The notes under the pieces are model-generated. The model searched no databases, was not told the DNA's origin, and saw only the letters and a program-made list of their open reading frames with translations. Positions 26,774-40,484 of a stretch of 64,000 nt of DNA are shown here, piece after piece. Source of the stretch: Podarcis liolepis (lineage: Eukaryota); the NCBI GenBank assembly GCA_965112155.1, contig OZ218102.1; one strand, 5' to 3'. Numbering within the stretch: the first letter of the stretch is position 1; every line of letters starts with the position of its first letter. A program made the position numbers and the translations under genes.

Positions 26774-29700
26774 TTAAAACCAATCTGAATTTCTTTTATT
26801 CTTCTGCTGTTTTAACTTGTTAATCTTTATCCATCATTGTTTTATCATCATTTATGAGTTGCCCTAGAAGTAGACATAAAGGTCAGGAGACCGATAGATA
26901 GAATGTATAAGTAACAATTTCAAGGCATGTTTATAGTGATTTCATAGCTATAATTGAATGAAAAGAGACTAATGGAAATTATGTAACTGTATCAGTTTAA
27001 CAAACGTGCTTTGTTCTGATTACCAAACCATAGTAAGGAGGTTCCATACCCTCCTTTCCCCAATACACACCCTGCCAAATCTGGATTTTCTTATTGCTTG
27101 TAGGCAGGAGTGGGGAGCACAACATGAAACCAGGCTAAGGCTGCAAAGCCTACACCAGCTTATATGGGAGTCATGCATACATACAGACATGTATACAATT
27201 GTGGGATACTTAATTTTCTAAAACCTAAATGCCTAAATGCACACATCTTCAACATTTCCCTCACTAGAATATCAGGATTTATGTGATTCTGAAAGAAATC
27301 GTGATCTAAAATTGATTGCCATTCTGATTACTATGCCTTAGACCAATTCTGCTAACACACTAGAAAGCTTAAGTATGGTACCATGAGGTGTTAAAATTGT
27401 CAAACTATGGGTTTTGAACTAGTTATGGCCATGGTTCCACCTTCAGAAGCCACTGCAGTCAAGGACTGGAGGACTGGCTGTACGGAAGCAGCTTGCCTGT
27501 ATAATTTTTAAAGTTCAAACCATGGCCTGGCTTCTGCATTATGGTTAGAGCTGCAAACCACAGTCTGGGTGGGGTTTGAAATGAGACCTTCCACAAAAGA
27601 AGCTGAACAGACTTTATTACAGCAGGCGTGGGTAACCTCCTGTCTGCAGACCAAGCCACAGCCACCTGCCCTATACCTGCCGTATATGGCATCAGGCATG
27701 GGACAGGGGAAAATCTGACTCCAAAAGGAGGTTTGCAAACACCACCAATCAGTTGACCCACAGTGCCTGCAAAGTACTGAGCAAGATTGCCCTTTGAAAG
27801 GGACATTAAAGTCATAAGATTCCTGAGGGGAAAGTGACTGGTCGATGGGTGGCTCCAGCCACCTGCCAAACATGGCCCATGAGGGTGGGGGAGAAAACAA
27901 TCTCAACCCCCACCTGCCCAATCAGATCCTGTTCTCCACTGCTGTGTCAGAGATCGCAAAAGAAGGATAATTTGATTCATGCCTTGTCTTAACATGCCAT
28001 ATCCAGATTACAGATAAGTGTTTGTCTCATTCTATTACATTGTTTTTCACTTTAAAAATACACGTATTTATAGAGATTTACATGTTCTGCCTTAGGATTC
28101 AGCAGACAGAAGTACCCACCTCTCAGTTTAAGATTATGAAATTACTAGTTTTTATGCTTCCAGAAAGCTTTATGCTTAGGTGTTGGCAACTAGATATCAA
28201 AGGGCTCTAAACTAGAGATGAAATGAATCTATAGATTTAGGAAAGCACTACCCACTGCTAAATTGCTGCAGTTCATGGAGTCACCCGGGAATAAAGAAAG
28301 CCTTTGGAGGCGGTAATCAGAGCAATGGACTGAAATTCTATGCTGGTAGGAGCACTGTCTATAAATCAGATTAATGATTTTGCAATAAAAAAAATAAGGT
28401 GAACCTGGATAAGAAATAAAGACATCAGCAAATATTCTGCTAATCTTGAAGCACATTTAAAGCCATGTTTTTGTAAGCAACACTAGAGGGGTTTTTTTTT
28501 AATAGACAAGCATTAAAGTCATAAGCAACGAATACGCTCTCAATGCAATTAGATTTCCTTAACTTAATGGAACAATTTAGCAGCCCACGAGGCTCTGGGG
28601 GGAAAAAAGAGTATGACCAGCAACAGTGTGGTTGAAATGAAAAGACTCTCACAGCTTACATAAAAAACAGGAAAATCCCCCACACCCTCCAACAGAAGAT
28701 TTGCAATGTTGGAGGCATGACAGAAATACATGCAATTCTAATGTCTCTCCAGATTGACCAGGAAAAAATCTACTATTTTCTCAAATCATACTAACTGCTT
28801 TATACAGCACCACATACATATAAATTCTCTCAGCTGTAATGCAAAGCCAAGACAACCCCTAGGAGAAAAATTAAGCCTTATGCAAGCTTATTTTCCCCAG
28901 GAGGGACTTCCAAATGACTTTATCTGAAACAGCCTACCCCAGTGACCCTCATCTAATAGCAGCAAAACAATAACCTTTTCTTTCTCTGAGGATATTTCCA
29001 CTGACCTAAGTTTGCTTTTAGATTTGGGAATGCTATTAGCATTGTTTCTGTGTTTCTGACTGAAGTATGCACTAACATCCCAAAGGGACTACAGAAATAT
29101 GAAACAACCTGATACATCTTGTTTCCACATCCAGAAATTATGGATTTCAGCATCTAGTAGATAACAGTGAGATCAAATCCTGCAGACTAGGCAAAATGAT
29201 AGAAGCCATAATAAAAATAGTGTGCCTCATGCAAACTAGAGAAAATAACAAGTAATTGGAAAGCATCAGAAACACATGCACACTATCCTCTCAAGGAACT
29301 GTGTGCTACATAACATACCAGGTCATCCACTGATCACATGGCCATCAATTCTATCAAGGGCGTTAATAGTCCAACAGGCTACCTAGTTAGCTGCCAAATC
29401 ATACACATTATGGGGTCTGAAAACCTAAACTAGAAACTCCCACTTTTTAAAGAAGGGGCAGAAGCTTGCAAACACCACAGTTGTTCCCATACTAAAAATA
29501 TGTACTTTATAGAACAGCTTTCCTTGTGCTTATAAACAAAGAACTGTAGGATTATTTCTAAACACATACACAAAGTACACTGGAAACACAGAGATACTAC
29601 TAAAATGGATACAGTACACAATTTTTCATCTGGATGCAAGCAGGACACAATTTTTCAACATGCTCTAGCTCACATTCTAGCACACCAGGACAAGATTCCA

Positions 29701-30188
29701 CTCACTATCCTCACCTGGTGAGCAACAACTACTAGCTTTCCTCCCAACCTTGTAACTAAAGTGCAACTGTGCCGACAATCCCTACCTACCTCTTTTACTA
29801 CAAGGTTGAGAGAAAGGCTGCTGCTTATTTCATTGTTGTATTTCTGAGGCACCTCAGGAGAAAAAGTCCCAGAACTCCACTCCAGCTTGAAACCCACGAG
29901 AGAGAGATGGGGACTGTCCTGCAGCTATACTGTTTCCCAGGAACAAAGAAGTTGGAGAAAACAAATGGGGCTCCTTTTCACAATGCACGTTCAAGGCACT
30001 TGGAGCATAGTGGAAATGCAGCACAACTGCAGAAACAGTCTGCCACCCTAGGAGAGTGGAAATTGTTCCTGGCCGTGCATGATGCTTTCAAGGGCAGGAA
30101 TCTGCCTCTTAGAGAAGGGACAGAGTCCTGGCAACCACCATTTTTTAATTGACAACTAAAGCCAAACAAACTTTGTAAACCCCTAGGG

Positions 30189-31995
30189 CAGGGGTGCCCA
30201 AACTTTTTTCTTAGAGGGCTAGATTTGATGAAGTGAATATGCGTGAGGGCTGACCAAAGTTGTAAAGTTGTTGAGCTTTTTTAGGATTGAGTTTGTTCAG
30301 CTTTTGGGGGGATTTTACCCCAGGAAATAAACTGTCACAGGGACTGGATTAAATTGGCCGTCGGGCCGGATTTAATATCACACCTCAAACATAGACAGAC
30401 GTCTACTGTGTCTCATCTGCAGTTTATAGAAAAACACTCGGGTCCGGGTTAGGTGTGACTGACAGGACCATTTATCCAAGGAAATCCAAACCTACCGTGG
30501 TGTTAAACAAGGCTGTGTCCTTGCACCTACTTTAATCAACTTCTATATTAACTCCTTAGTAGGAAACATGGAGAAAGAAAATGCCCACACCCCTAAATTG
30601 GCTGGTACACCCCTCCCGGTTCTCTTATATGTGGATGATGCAGTTCTAATTTCCTTCTCCTGTGTAGGTCTAAGAAAACTTCTAAGATCTCTCACTGTTT
30701 ATTGTAATGCCAAACAATTAACTATAGCAAATCGAAAGTTATGGTGTTCTCTAAAAAAAGAATGAGACACAAATGGAGAATTGACAATCGACCTATTGAA
30801 CAGGGGCATCATCTTTTAAATACCTGGGTTTAACCTTCCAGGAAAAGGGCCCGTGGCATTATCAGGTTAAAAATACTATTGTAAATGCCCAAAGATCTAC
30901 CAAAGCTATTATAACATTTTTCTATGGGAAAGGGGGGCCAATATATTCCGGCAGCCTCCCAGGTCTTTGCTGCAAAAATATTAACACAACTGACATATGG
31001 CTCTGCAGCTTCTTAAAACTTTGCTCCCTTAGAATCATTCCAAACTAAGTTCTATCACTGCCTGCTAGGGATCCCTTCTTGTGTGTCTAACATAGCTGTC
31101 CGCCTGGAGGTCAGGCAAATCCCTGTTGGAGCTCAGATATGGAAACTGAAGATCCATTATTGGTTAAAACTTACCTTTTTCCCTGTTGGGTTGGCACCCT
31201 TAACCGTACTGGATTCCTACCAATCCAAATGGAAAGCTACACTGCATGAAAAGCTAAGAGGCTTGGGGTTTCCCCCACAGGCCCTGATAGCTGTTGGTTA
31301 TGAGAAAGCTAGAGCAATAATCCGCCAATGAATTTGGGATGTGGAACTGCAATGCCACGTGAGCGAGATGAATAAACACCCAGCAACAAAAGATAATGGG
31401 AGAGGATTTACCCCAGCAAATTATTTGCCAAAATTACAAACGCCTAAATACAGACAGTCATTTACACTCTCAAGATTCAACCTGCTGCCATCTGCCTTAT
31501 TGCAGGACAGATTCGAGGGTAAACCATACACGGAACGAGTCTGCCCGTGCGGCTTGATGGAGGTAGAAACTGTCTCTCATGCCTTGTTATGCTGCTGTTT
31601 CTACAGGGATATACAGGGGTATTTATTACCCCTGCTATGCAAAAATCTCCAAATGATTCCGAACTTCAATGTCTAAAATCCCTGGTAGAGGACAAGGATC
31701 CCGAGATCACATTAAGGGTAGCCAAATTCTGTGCAATTGCCATAAAACTTAGGGAACAAGCTGTGCTATCATAATGATTAAGGCCTTAAATGATAATTTT
31801 AGGTTATATGTTAATAACTAAGTTTTAATTTATATATTTTTAAACTGTTGCTATATCTGTATTATCCCTGTTATACCTAATTGCAAATTCAAATGTATTC
31901 CTATTGTGTTTTATGACTTCCTTGATATTGTATGTGGGCTGGAACTGGTCTGTGACCAAAATTTTAAAAATTCATTCAGACTTTGGGCATGCGTG
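30189..31995. mobile_element. hAT MITE split by a LINE insertion
   Basis: Left TIR CAGGGGTGCCCAAA; right end TTTGGGCATGCGTG; 8-bp TSD CCCTAGGG / CCCTAGGA. Confidence 0.75.
30375..31978 (+). mobile_element. 5'-truncated, degenerate non-LTR retrotransposon (RT C-half plus C-terminal zinc knuckle; RTEX/L2-like, clade uncertain)
   Basis: Frameshifted peptides GVKQGCVLAP, LLYVDDAVL (RT YxDD), FKYLG and ERVCPCGLMEVETVSHALLCC; AT-rich 3'UTR ending ATTCATTCA. Confidence 0.88.
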
Positions 31996-32036
31996 CCCTA
32001 GGAGTAAGGTACACGTTTTCCACATGAATTACTCAC

Positions 32037-32123
32037 CTCATATTTTCTGTAGTTTACTAATAAGGCAAGCAGGACAACAGCTTCATAACCATGTTCCCTG
32101 CGACTGGGGAGACTGGAGAGGAT
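32037..32123 (-). CDS. ARMH3: ARMH3 coding exon 7, [29 protein letters not shown]
   Basis: ttttag acceptor, gtgagt donor, 87 nt. Confidence 0.95.
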
Positions 32124-32663
32124 CTAAAATCAAGAAAAGGAGTAACTTAGATTAACTACGGTTCTATGCTGCAAAGAACAAAGTGATTCTAGACACCTGA
32201 ACTGAAAAGATGTAGATAAACAACAGGCAAGCAGACCCAAAGTCTGTTTCCAAAATGAACCTATACAACTTTAAAAAGGCCTTGACAACCCCCATTTGTA
32301 TGGAGCAAATTGAAACAAACATTTTACCTTGAAGAGAATCAGCACATTTGAAGGGAATGAATAGCTGGGTACGGACTTAAGCTGACTGCACTAAAAAAAT
32401 TACTTGTCATAGCTTATTAGAGAATTAGGTTCACAGTGCCAAATTTATAAAATATCTGAATGAAATCTTCTAAAATGTATCCACTGACCAAAACAAAAAC
32501 AGAAAGACTAAAGCAAGAGAGACATTAACATGCTACTTGGCATTCATCTTAAGTTTCCATTTAAGCAACATTACAGGAACTGCACTATTTATAGCTATGC
32601 AGTATGGAAAATTTAACTGCCCAGAGATTTGTTGGGGTTTTTTAGGGGGGGTGTGGAACTTAC

Positions 32664-32738
32664 CTGTAAGATAGCTTCAAAGATGCTGTTAATCATCACA
32701 TACTCCAGAATTGTGTTTTGACTGATGTTATCTGTCAC
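32664..32738 (-). CDS. ARMH3: ARMH3 coding exon 6, [25 protein letters not shown]
   Basis: attcag acceptor, gtaagt donor, 75 nt. Confidence 0.95.
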
Positions 32739-33849
32739 CTGAATTGAGAATCAAAGGGCGGTTGTTGTTTTAAAGAAGTTTCTGGAAGTGACAACACACT
32801 TAAAACATGCTCTTATCTACTACTACCCTTGCAAAATTACTGAACTGCACCCACCACTCCACAGTATTTTTGCTGTCTCCTGTTTCAAGAAGCAGTGCTC
32901 TCAATTACTGAAACTCTCCCATATTCTGTGTAATGAAGCCCATTCTTTGTGGGTTCTATGCATATGTACTAGGGCTACAGTGAAGTTACTGATTTTGGTA
33001 TACACTTTAATGATTTTACTTAGTACAATATTAATGCTATCTTATCACTTATATAATTTCCCCTGAACCATTTTGTTCTGGGCTATCTTCTATCCTTATG
33101 GGTGCTTTCTAAATATTGCTAGTAATAAAATCAGTATTTCCAACACCAGAAGATTCATCACAATGCTTCTTGCTACATTCCTACCATTGAGCTCTGGATA
33201 GAGGGAAGCTGAAAATCTCTGTTAGAAAATAAGACTTAGGCTGGAGACTCTTGAAACTTAACACTTTACTTGGCAGAGCTTTAGGGATGTGCTTGAGGTA
33301 CAGAAGCTCACATACTTGCATTAATATGGGTTGGCCTACCTCTCACCCTGCCCTCAGGGTGATTTTCCTTGTTTATTATTAGCTATTGGGAAAAGTTGTA
33401 GGATAGGATAGACAAGATAGACATTTGTAAAGAAAGAAAAACAATACAAACTTGCAACAAAAAAGAAACCAATTTCTCACAGGTAGATATCAGCAACAAA
33501 TACAAAACTCTCTGTAAATTAGTAAATCTTCCCTAAAATAATTAAGGGTATCAAACTTCCCTCCATGAGATGCATACGCTGAACAATCTTAAAACAGGGT
33601 CTATACATAAGAGTACATCCCTGCCTGTGACAGGAAAAGAGGCTTCACATTAAATGTACTAACACAATACTTATATCCAAGACTGTAATTTAGACAGCAG
33701 TCATATCTATAACAGGAATACTGATCAGCTGGAATTGAAAGTTCCTCTGCCTTAGAAATTAAGAATTCCTTGCTAATTCACAAATAACAATTTCCAAGTT
33801 TTGAAAGTGCATGCTTTTTATAGTTGACTCTCTATTGTCTATTACTTAC

Positions 33850-33942
33850 AGTCACCAAACAGAGTAATAGCTTCAGGCACAAATTCTTGAGACTTTCAGA
33901 GCCTTCTGCACATAGCAGAGCATCCAGACTCTCCATCAGATT
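33850..33942 (-). CDS. ARMH3: ARMH3 coding exon 5, [31 protein letters not shown]
   Basis: ctctag acceptor, gtaagt donor, 93 nt. Confidence 0.95.
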
Positions 33943-34026
33943 CTAGAGGGGGAAAAGTTACTATGAACCACAGCATATCCATTACTTCTCACAACCCCCA
34001 CACGGACGCTGTACCCGATAGAGTAC

Positions 34027-34418
34027 TAGGAACACAGGACGCTACTTTAGCCTGAGTGAGACTACAGGCCCATCTAGCTCAGTCTTGTCTACACCAAGGG
34101 TTGTTAACCTGGTCCCTACCAGCCACTAGTGGGCATTTCAGGATTCTAGGAGAGCGGTAGGGGGTTCTACGGCACAAGCTGAAACCTCCTTCCATTGAGC
34201 ACTGGTGGGCAGTAAGGAAATTTTAACATCAAGAAAGATGCATTAGTGAGCAGTAGGTATAAAAAGGTTGACTACCCCTGGTCTACACTGACTAGCGATG
34301 GCTCTCCAGGACTTCAGGCAGGGAACATTCCTAGCCCTACCTGGATATGTCAGGGATTGAATTTAGGACCTTCTGCATGCAAGGCAGATGCTCTGCCACC
34401 GAGCTATGGCCCTTCCCC
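34027..34418 (-). mobile_element. tRNA-derived SINE (Squam3-like) interrupted by a hAT MITE
   Basis: Head GGGAAGGGCCATAGCTCGGTGGCAGAGCATCTGCC on the minus strand; the body resumes on both sides of 34095-34280. Confidence 0.78.
34095..34280. mobile_element. hAT MITE, 186 bp
   Basis: TIRs CAAGGGTTGTTAACCT / AGGTTGACTACCCCTG; perfect 8-bp TSD GTCTACAC at 34087-34094 and 34281-34288. Confidence 0.9.
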
Positions 34419-35739
34419 ACAGAGTTTAATCATGATCCTTGATGGGAAGGATCTATGTTAGTAAAATTCTAGGTCAAGAATGAGGAACCTTTGGCTCTCT
34501 GAATATGGTTGACTTCAAATGCCCATCAGCCTCAGCCAGCATGGCTAAGGTAAGAGGTGATGGGAGTTGCAGTCCAACATCTGGAGGACCACAGGTTCTC
34601 CATCTCTGGTCTAAATGAACCTGTCTTGCATACATACTATTATGTCTGGTCCCCTCTGTAATGGCTTTACAAAAGCTAATAAAAGCTTTCCATTTAAAGA
34701 ATGTTCTTTCTTTGTAGACTGCACTTTTACTATATTTGTTTTCATCTGATACTTTGAAATAACTTCTACTGTACCGCTGGTCTTGGTGTTTTAAAATTCT
34801 TAACTTTTCGTAACTTATATTTTATTTTGCTAAATCGTATTTTGATTTTGTTGTTAGCTGCCTAGCGTTTTTTATGGGGGGATTTGTATACAAATGTCTT
34901 TAATAAATAAATCTGTTTAATTACTTTCATCTCTAGAAGGTATTCTCTAAAAGGTATTCTGTCCCATCATCTAAAACATAAATATTACCAAGTATATATT
35001 TCCCAAGGCAAATAACCACAACAAATTAAAGCAACAGTTCTGCCTAAAACTGTGCTTCATCAAATCAAAACCACACAGTGTGGATTGTGACACACAATTT
35101 TGTTCCCTCAGAATCTCAGCTGATTTCACAAAAGGAAATAAAAATGTACACCCAGATGGATGCACAGAGTAGCCTGAGAGTGAAGTGCCAGTGCTTGCAT
35201 GAAGGATCCTTGAGTGGGGCTTCCTTGCACTGATCTGATTATGCTGTAATTCTCAAGCAAGGTGCTATTATACTGTAATTAGCCTTGCTTCCTTAAGGAG
35301 CTAATTCCCCCCACACAAAAGAAAACCCAGCTGTGATACATTTAGTTATGAAGCATTTTAAAGGATTTCTATTTTTGCCCTCTAGTTGCAAATCACAGCC
35401 TCATTATAGATATTTATACAGTGTCTAAAAGTCAACACATCAATTCTGCAAAAAGCACTATATGCCATTGTTTCTTCTCTGTTACCAGTACTCAAGAGGA
35501 CAAAGAAAGCTAGCAGAAATATAAGCAACGCATGAGGCTGCATGCAGATATCAACTGTATTTGACATGAGACTGTCCATACCTTGGACAGGACCCTTAAT
35601 ACTATGGGAGATACTGTAACCAATATATTTAACAATGGATTAACATGTCTCTTCCACAAGCATACCGTTGCCTCTTATTGCAGTCTCCCTAACCCTCACC
35701 TGCAGCACTTTCTTTTATTGCACTCTAGCTAGCCCTCAC

Positions 35740-35847
35740 CTTCATACACAGTTCAGCCTTGTCAAAACCCATTAACATGTTGATGATGTCAAAGCCAGAT
35801 GTGGATTTGTTCTTCTGATGAACTCCACGGATCAGTGCACACAGCGT
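35740..35847 (-). CDS. ARMH3: ARMH3 coding exon 4, [36 protein letters not shown]
   Basis: cacag acceptor, gtgagg donor, 108 nt. Confidence 0.95.
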
Positions 35848-36292
35848 CTGTGTCAGAAAGAGAAAAACACTAGACCTGTGAGAAAGCTTTCGGTGCACCA
35901 AGAGCCTATTATTATATGCCCTAGACCCTTACAGCTGTATTTTGGGAAGATGTTTACTTTGATTTAGTATAACACAGCAGATTCATATTCCATGTCCATG
36001 CAGGCTGCATTTTTAGTATGCTTGCCTGTTTTGGAACTTGAAATATGCTTACATAGATTCATTCTCAATTACTCTCCTGACTGCCAACAAAGTAGCAAAG
36101 AAGAGAAACCATTTTATTATTATATAAATGCTAACAGAGGGGATTTTTGGTCTAGCACACTGAACTGACATATATCTTAGTCAGTCTTAATGGGAAGTGG
36201 ACTCTTTCCTTCATCAACACTGATACAACTGTCATTAGCTGCCTGTTCCTGGGTTTAGCTCCACTGAAGACACAAAATGTACAGTACAGCAC

Positions 36293-36439
36293 CTGTAATG
36301 CATTGACCACTCTGATAGGATGTTCTTCTCCCAAAGCCCGGATGCAGCGCTGGAACAAACAGTTAATATTATCTTTTATCTTCATCAGCTCTTCGCCATC
36401 TAGAGACTCCAGCTTCCCTTCCAGGTACTCCAAGTTCAC
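36293..36439 (-). CDS. ARMH3: ARMH3 coding exon 3, [49 protein letters not shown]
   Basis: gacag acceptor, gtgctg donor, 147 nt; lies within ORF 36152..36439. Confidence 0.95.
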
Positions 36440-36577
36440 CTGTCAAGACAAAGGGAAAAGGGAAAAGCCAATTCATGGAATCACTGAGGACATGGCTAAA
36501 GGTGGAAAATTGCTAGATGAGCAAACATGAAGAGATGATTGGAAGACAGTGGATGTTTTTGATCTTTGCTATATTAC

Positions 36578-36634
36578 CTTCATGAGGAAGAGCTCCTCCC
36601 AAAACCGAGGACTGCATTTACTGGGATCTTCTGT
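36578..36634 (-). CDS. ARMH3: ARMH3 coding exon 2, [19 protein letters not shown]
   Basis: tttcag acceptor, gtaata donor, 57 nt; continues the ARMH3 protein. Confidence 0.95.
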
Positions 36635-37090
36635 CTGAAAGAGAACGTAATTCCTGTTACAATGGCCACTGTGGATACAAAATACGGGTGTCCTTATAGC
36701 AATATTATAACCATTCTAGGTCCAGGAAAACAGGAAACAGCATGCAGAAATGGGCCCTGAGACACACCATATATTCTTCCGCAGTTTATCAATGGTAGAG
36801 CCTGCAGAGGTAATTCTAAATGAGGAAATCTCCTGCTGTATAGATATACTCACCTCAAAGCAGCAAAGTAAAAGCATACCCAGAGGCAGGATTCACTGCA
36901 TTCCCCTTCTCATTCTTAATACTAGATACTACTAATACTAAACTAAGAGAGGAAACCAGAGATAATGCAATAAGGCACAGCTCCAGGGCAACCTGCCTTA
37001 CACTTCCCAATGGGACTACTTCAGCATAGTAAAATGTATCCTGCAGCTGAACAAAATGCCACAATGAGGAGAGCAAAGTCCAATCCTTAC

Positions 37091-37192
37091 CGTAAAGATC
37101 TCATCATACATTAGCACAACCTTCTCTTTCAAGGGTTTCTTACTAGCTGAAGATTTCCGAAGCAATCCGCCTTTTTTCTCAGCTTGCGCCAT
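37091..37192 (-). CDS. ARMH3: ARMH3 (C10orf76) coding exon 1, [34 protein letters not shown]; the exon extends to 37202 with 10 nt of 5'UTR
   Basis: Near-identical to the recalled human ARMH3 N-terminus. ATG in gccATGg context, acceptor ...ccatag at 37203-37204, donor gtaagg; 102 nt. Confidence 0.96.
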
Positions 37193-38579
37193 GGCTTTCA
37201 ATCTATGGATAGAGAGACATGCCACATTTCAGAGAAGCTCTCTCAAGATTAATTTCCACAGCATTCACACGTTTCCAGGTTATGCTCTGCTTTAAAAAAA
37301 TTTTAGAGCTTACAGGGCACTTTATAGCTATTAACTACATTACAACCATCTTAATTTCCTCTGGGCTGCTTCACACATATTTTTTTCTTCATAGGAGAAA
37401 AAATGTACAAAAAATAAGTTTATTAAAATGCAAGTGTACATTTGTCCAAATGTGCATAATGCAAAATAGATTTGCACATGATTTTTTAATATACAATGGT
37501 TTTCTTCTTATACCTGCTGCAGGAATCATTTCACATCAAGTATTCTGGACAGAAAGCGAAAGTGTGGAGCATGGAAGATTACAGATTCATTTAAAAGGTG
37601 AGGAACTGGAGAGAAAGTCTTGTCAAAAGTAATCCAACAAATATCTGGCTAAGCCAGAGTCCCAAACAGGAAACCCCAAGCAGGAAGTATAAATTTAGCA
37701 CCTAAGAAAGTAGAAATTGGTCTACTGAGCACTATAGTTGTACCAGAAGTCCTGCTAAATTAGGAATCCTGCAACACAACTTCACACCAATCTTATACAC
37801 ACAAAAATCTGTACCTGTTAATATAAAAATGCAGTGTGCACAAGCCACAGATACACCTTTAGAAATATATTATGTAGATACGTGCTCCGGGCAGTTAGAT
37901 TGACTGAAATTCCAAACATGTACAAATGATGATAAGAACACCTTTGTTTAACATAGGAATTGGCCCAAAGGAATATTTTCTATTCAACAACTATTCTCTA
38001 CCATTATTGAAAGGTTTGCTTTCCTCTTGTGAGCAAGAAGTCACAAAGAAAGTGTCACACTGCCCTACAATCCCATAGCCTACATACACTTTGCAAAAGT
38101 CTCCTTTCCTGGGGTAAACTACCAGCCCCCACCCCAATACTAGGATTACTGGATTTAAAGCAACTAGCATCTGTGCTGACATAGACTTATAGAGGTAAAG
38201 CAGAAGCTGGGGCATATGGCAGTTCCATTTAGGCACAATAAATAATGCACAGAGCAGCACAAACATGGTAGCACATCTGCAACGCCTAAAGAGCTCCTCA
38301 TTTCAACTGTTTACAATAGAGAGAAAATACCACAACTTGCTCCTTCATGAGCATTTCCAGTGACTGACATATATTAGCTTCAGCCTACCACACAGAGATT
38401 TATTTTCTGCAAACATCAGGCATCTGAAGCAGGTCATAAAGCAGGACATTTCTTCCACACATTTGTCTGGTCTAAAGGGGCAAGTGCAGAAACATTCACC
38501 ATTGTTACCTTTGGAAAACAATGCCAGTCTCTAGCAGGTAGTGCAATGCACTACTGGCATCACATTCTTACAACTTGCT

Positions 38580-38703
38580 GAGTTGTAATCAATTACGGTA
38601 ACTTTTATTCCGAGTAGACGCACTGAAGTTAATGGACCTAAGTTAGCCATGGTCACTAATTTCAAGGGGTCTACTCTGAATACAAGTTGGTTGAATACGA
38701 CCC
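38580..38703. mobile_element. Short palindromic MITE-like repeat
   Basis: GAGTAGAC.CA.TGAA.TTA.TG / CA.TAATTTCAA.GGGTCTACTC inverted arms; a relative lies at about 54555-54650. Confidence 0.55.
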
Positions 38704-40484
38704 AGAAAGTTGTAGGAAGGCGATACCAGTAGCACAACATTCTGTTTGTCAGACTCAAAGATTTTTGCGACAAAAATCAGAAAGTCGGAGCAAGATCAAT
38801 AGGACACACTTATGTCCATATACTCTGAGTAGTCTACCTGGAATACAGCTGATCACTCCATGCCACCACTACTAAAACAACAAGCCAATACTTCTGGTTC
38901 AAAGTTATTTCATGGGGTTAAACAACATCCTTGTACACCTAGTCAGAAGTTGAGTAACAGATTTCAGTTCTTGTGTTGGGTGCCCAGGAAAGCAAAATAT
39001 TCTACATCCCTTTGTAAAGTGAGAGCAAAGAAGCTACAGACAGGTAACACGATCATGCAGGTAAGTTCACGCTTTCAACAAGGCTGGAACTGGGACACAG
39101 GCTGTCCTAAACTAGACAGAGTACACATGCATATGGGAAATTGCTAGAGGCAACAATTAAGACTGTCTCTTCTATCTTATAGCTGCCTACGTTAGAGAAT
39201 CCAAAGTAACATGTGGAAAGCTGTTAACAAAAAGTACAATACCCTCTCATTCTAAAACTTCAAAGGCTTTTTTGGTCTCGTGATCTACAGAAATCACTGG
39301 CACAGACCTTCATTCTTCTTCAGTTTTAGAAAAGTAGCTGCTTATTTCAACAGAGCTATTACCATGTTTCCAAACAAACACAGCATCATAATTCTAGCAG
39401 ACTGAAATGCATCCCCAAAGTCTTCAACATCTGAGGGTCCACTAAGGGGCTGAGCAAGAGAGATCAATAGGTGGAATTGGTTATAGCATTCCTCCAGCAT
39501 CCCAATCCAGAGCAACTTTTTTAAAAGCTTGACCGGGTAGTATGCAATACCCAAGGGTGGGACAGGGCAGGGAGAATTATAGTCAGACAGATTCCGGTTT
39601 TCAAATAATGCCCTAAATGCTACCAACAAACAGGAGAAGGATATTGTTATGCACTGGTTGTGAACCTCTCTGACTTCTCTCTCTAGTCACCGTCGACAGC
39701 CAGAGGCCAGACCCAAAGTAATGTCTGCCACCACAGACTGAAACCCACTGAAGCAATGTCAGAGTGCGCAGCTGCTGTGTTCCTGCATCACCACCCCTCT
39801 GCTTTCTCCAGCCCCTTCGGCCTGCTGTAACAGGCAGAGAAGAAAAGAGGCAACAGAGCAACAGGGCATGACACAGAGCAGCTACATACACAGCTGCTGC
39901 CAGATACATTAATTTCTCCTTATCTCATATTATGCAGAAAGACTAAAAATGAAGAAGTGAGATTAAACATTGACTTTCACAGAGATTACATTAAAATCAG
40001 GAAATACTCTATGGCACCATACAATTATATGTTGAAACTGAAATATTTCTAGAAATAGAATTTTCTGTTCGAAACATAATATTTTACAGTGCAATGTTTC
40101 CACGCCATAACTTGCAGTCTCATCCCATGACTGAAGCTACGTAAGAAGAATTCTGCTGAGCTTATCTTGTCCACCATTCTGGTCTCACAGTAGCCAACCA
40201 GATGCCAAAGGGAAGCCCCTAGGCAAGGCATGTCTGCAACAGCACTCTCCCATTCCCGGAAAATGATATTCAGAGGCAAGCTCATTTCTTTCTACTGCCA
40301 GAGTTTAAAACTGATCTACAAGGGAACAAAATTAAGCCCACAATAACCTCAGAATGACCTCAGTGCCTATAAATTAAGCCTCTTGCGACCCCACATCCAG
40401 GAATACATTTGCACACCTAGAACTAATTGGAACTAAGGAAACCACTTGTGTGAGAGCAATACAGATGCCAACTGCCTCATATTA

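Noticed and set aside
27389-27994. Possible solo LTR (TGTTAA...TTAACA)
   Set aside because: Short terminal match only, with no TSD or other support.
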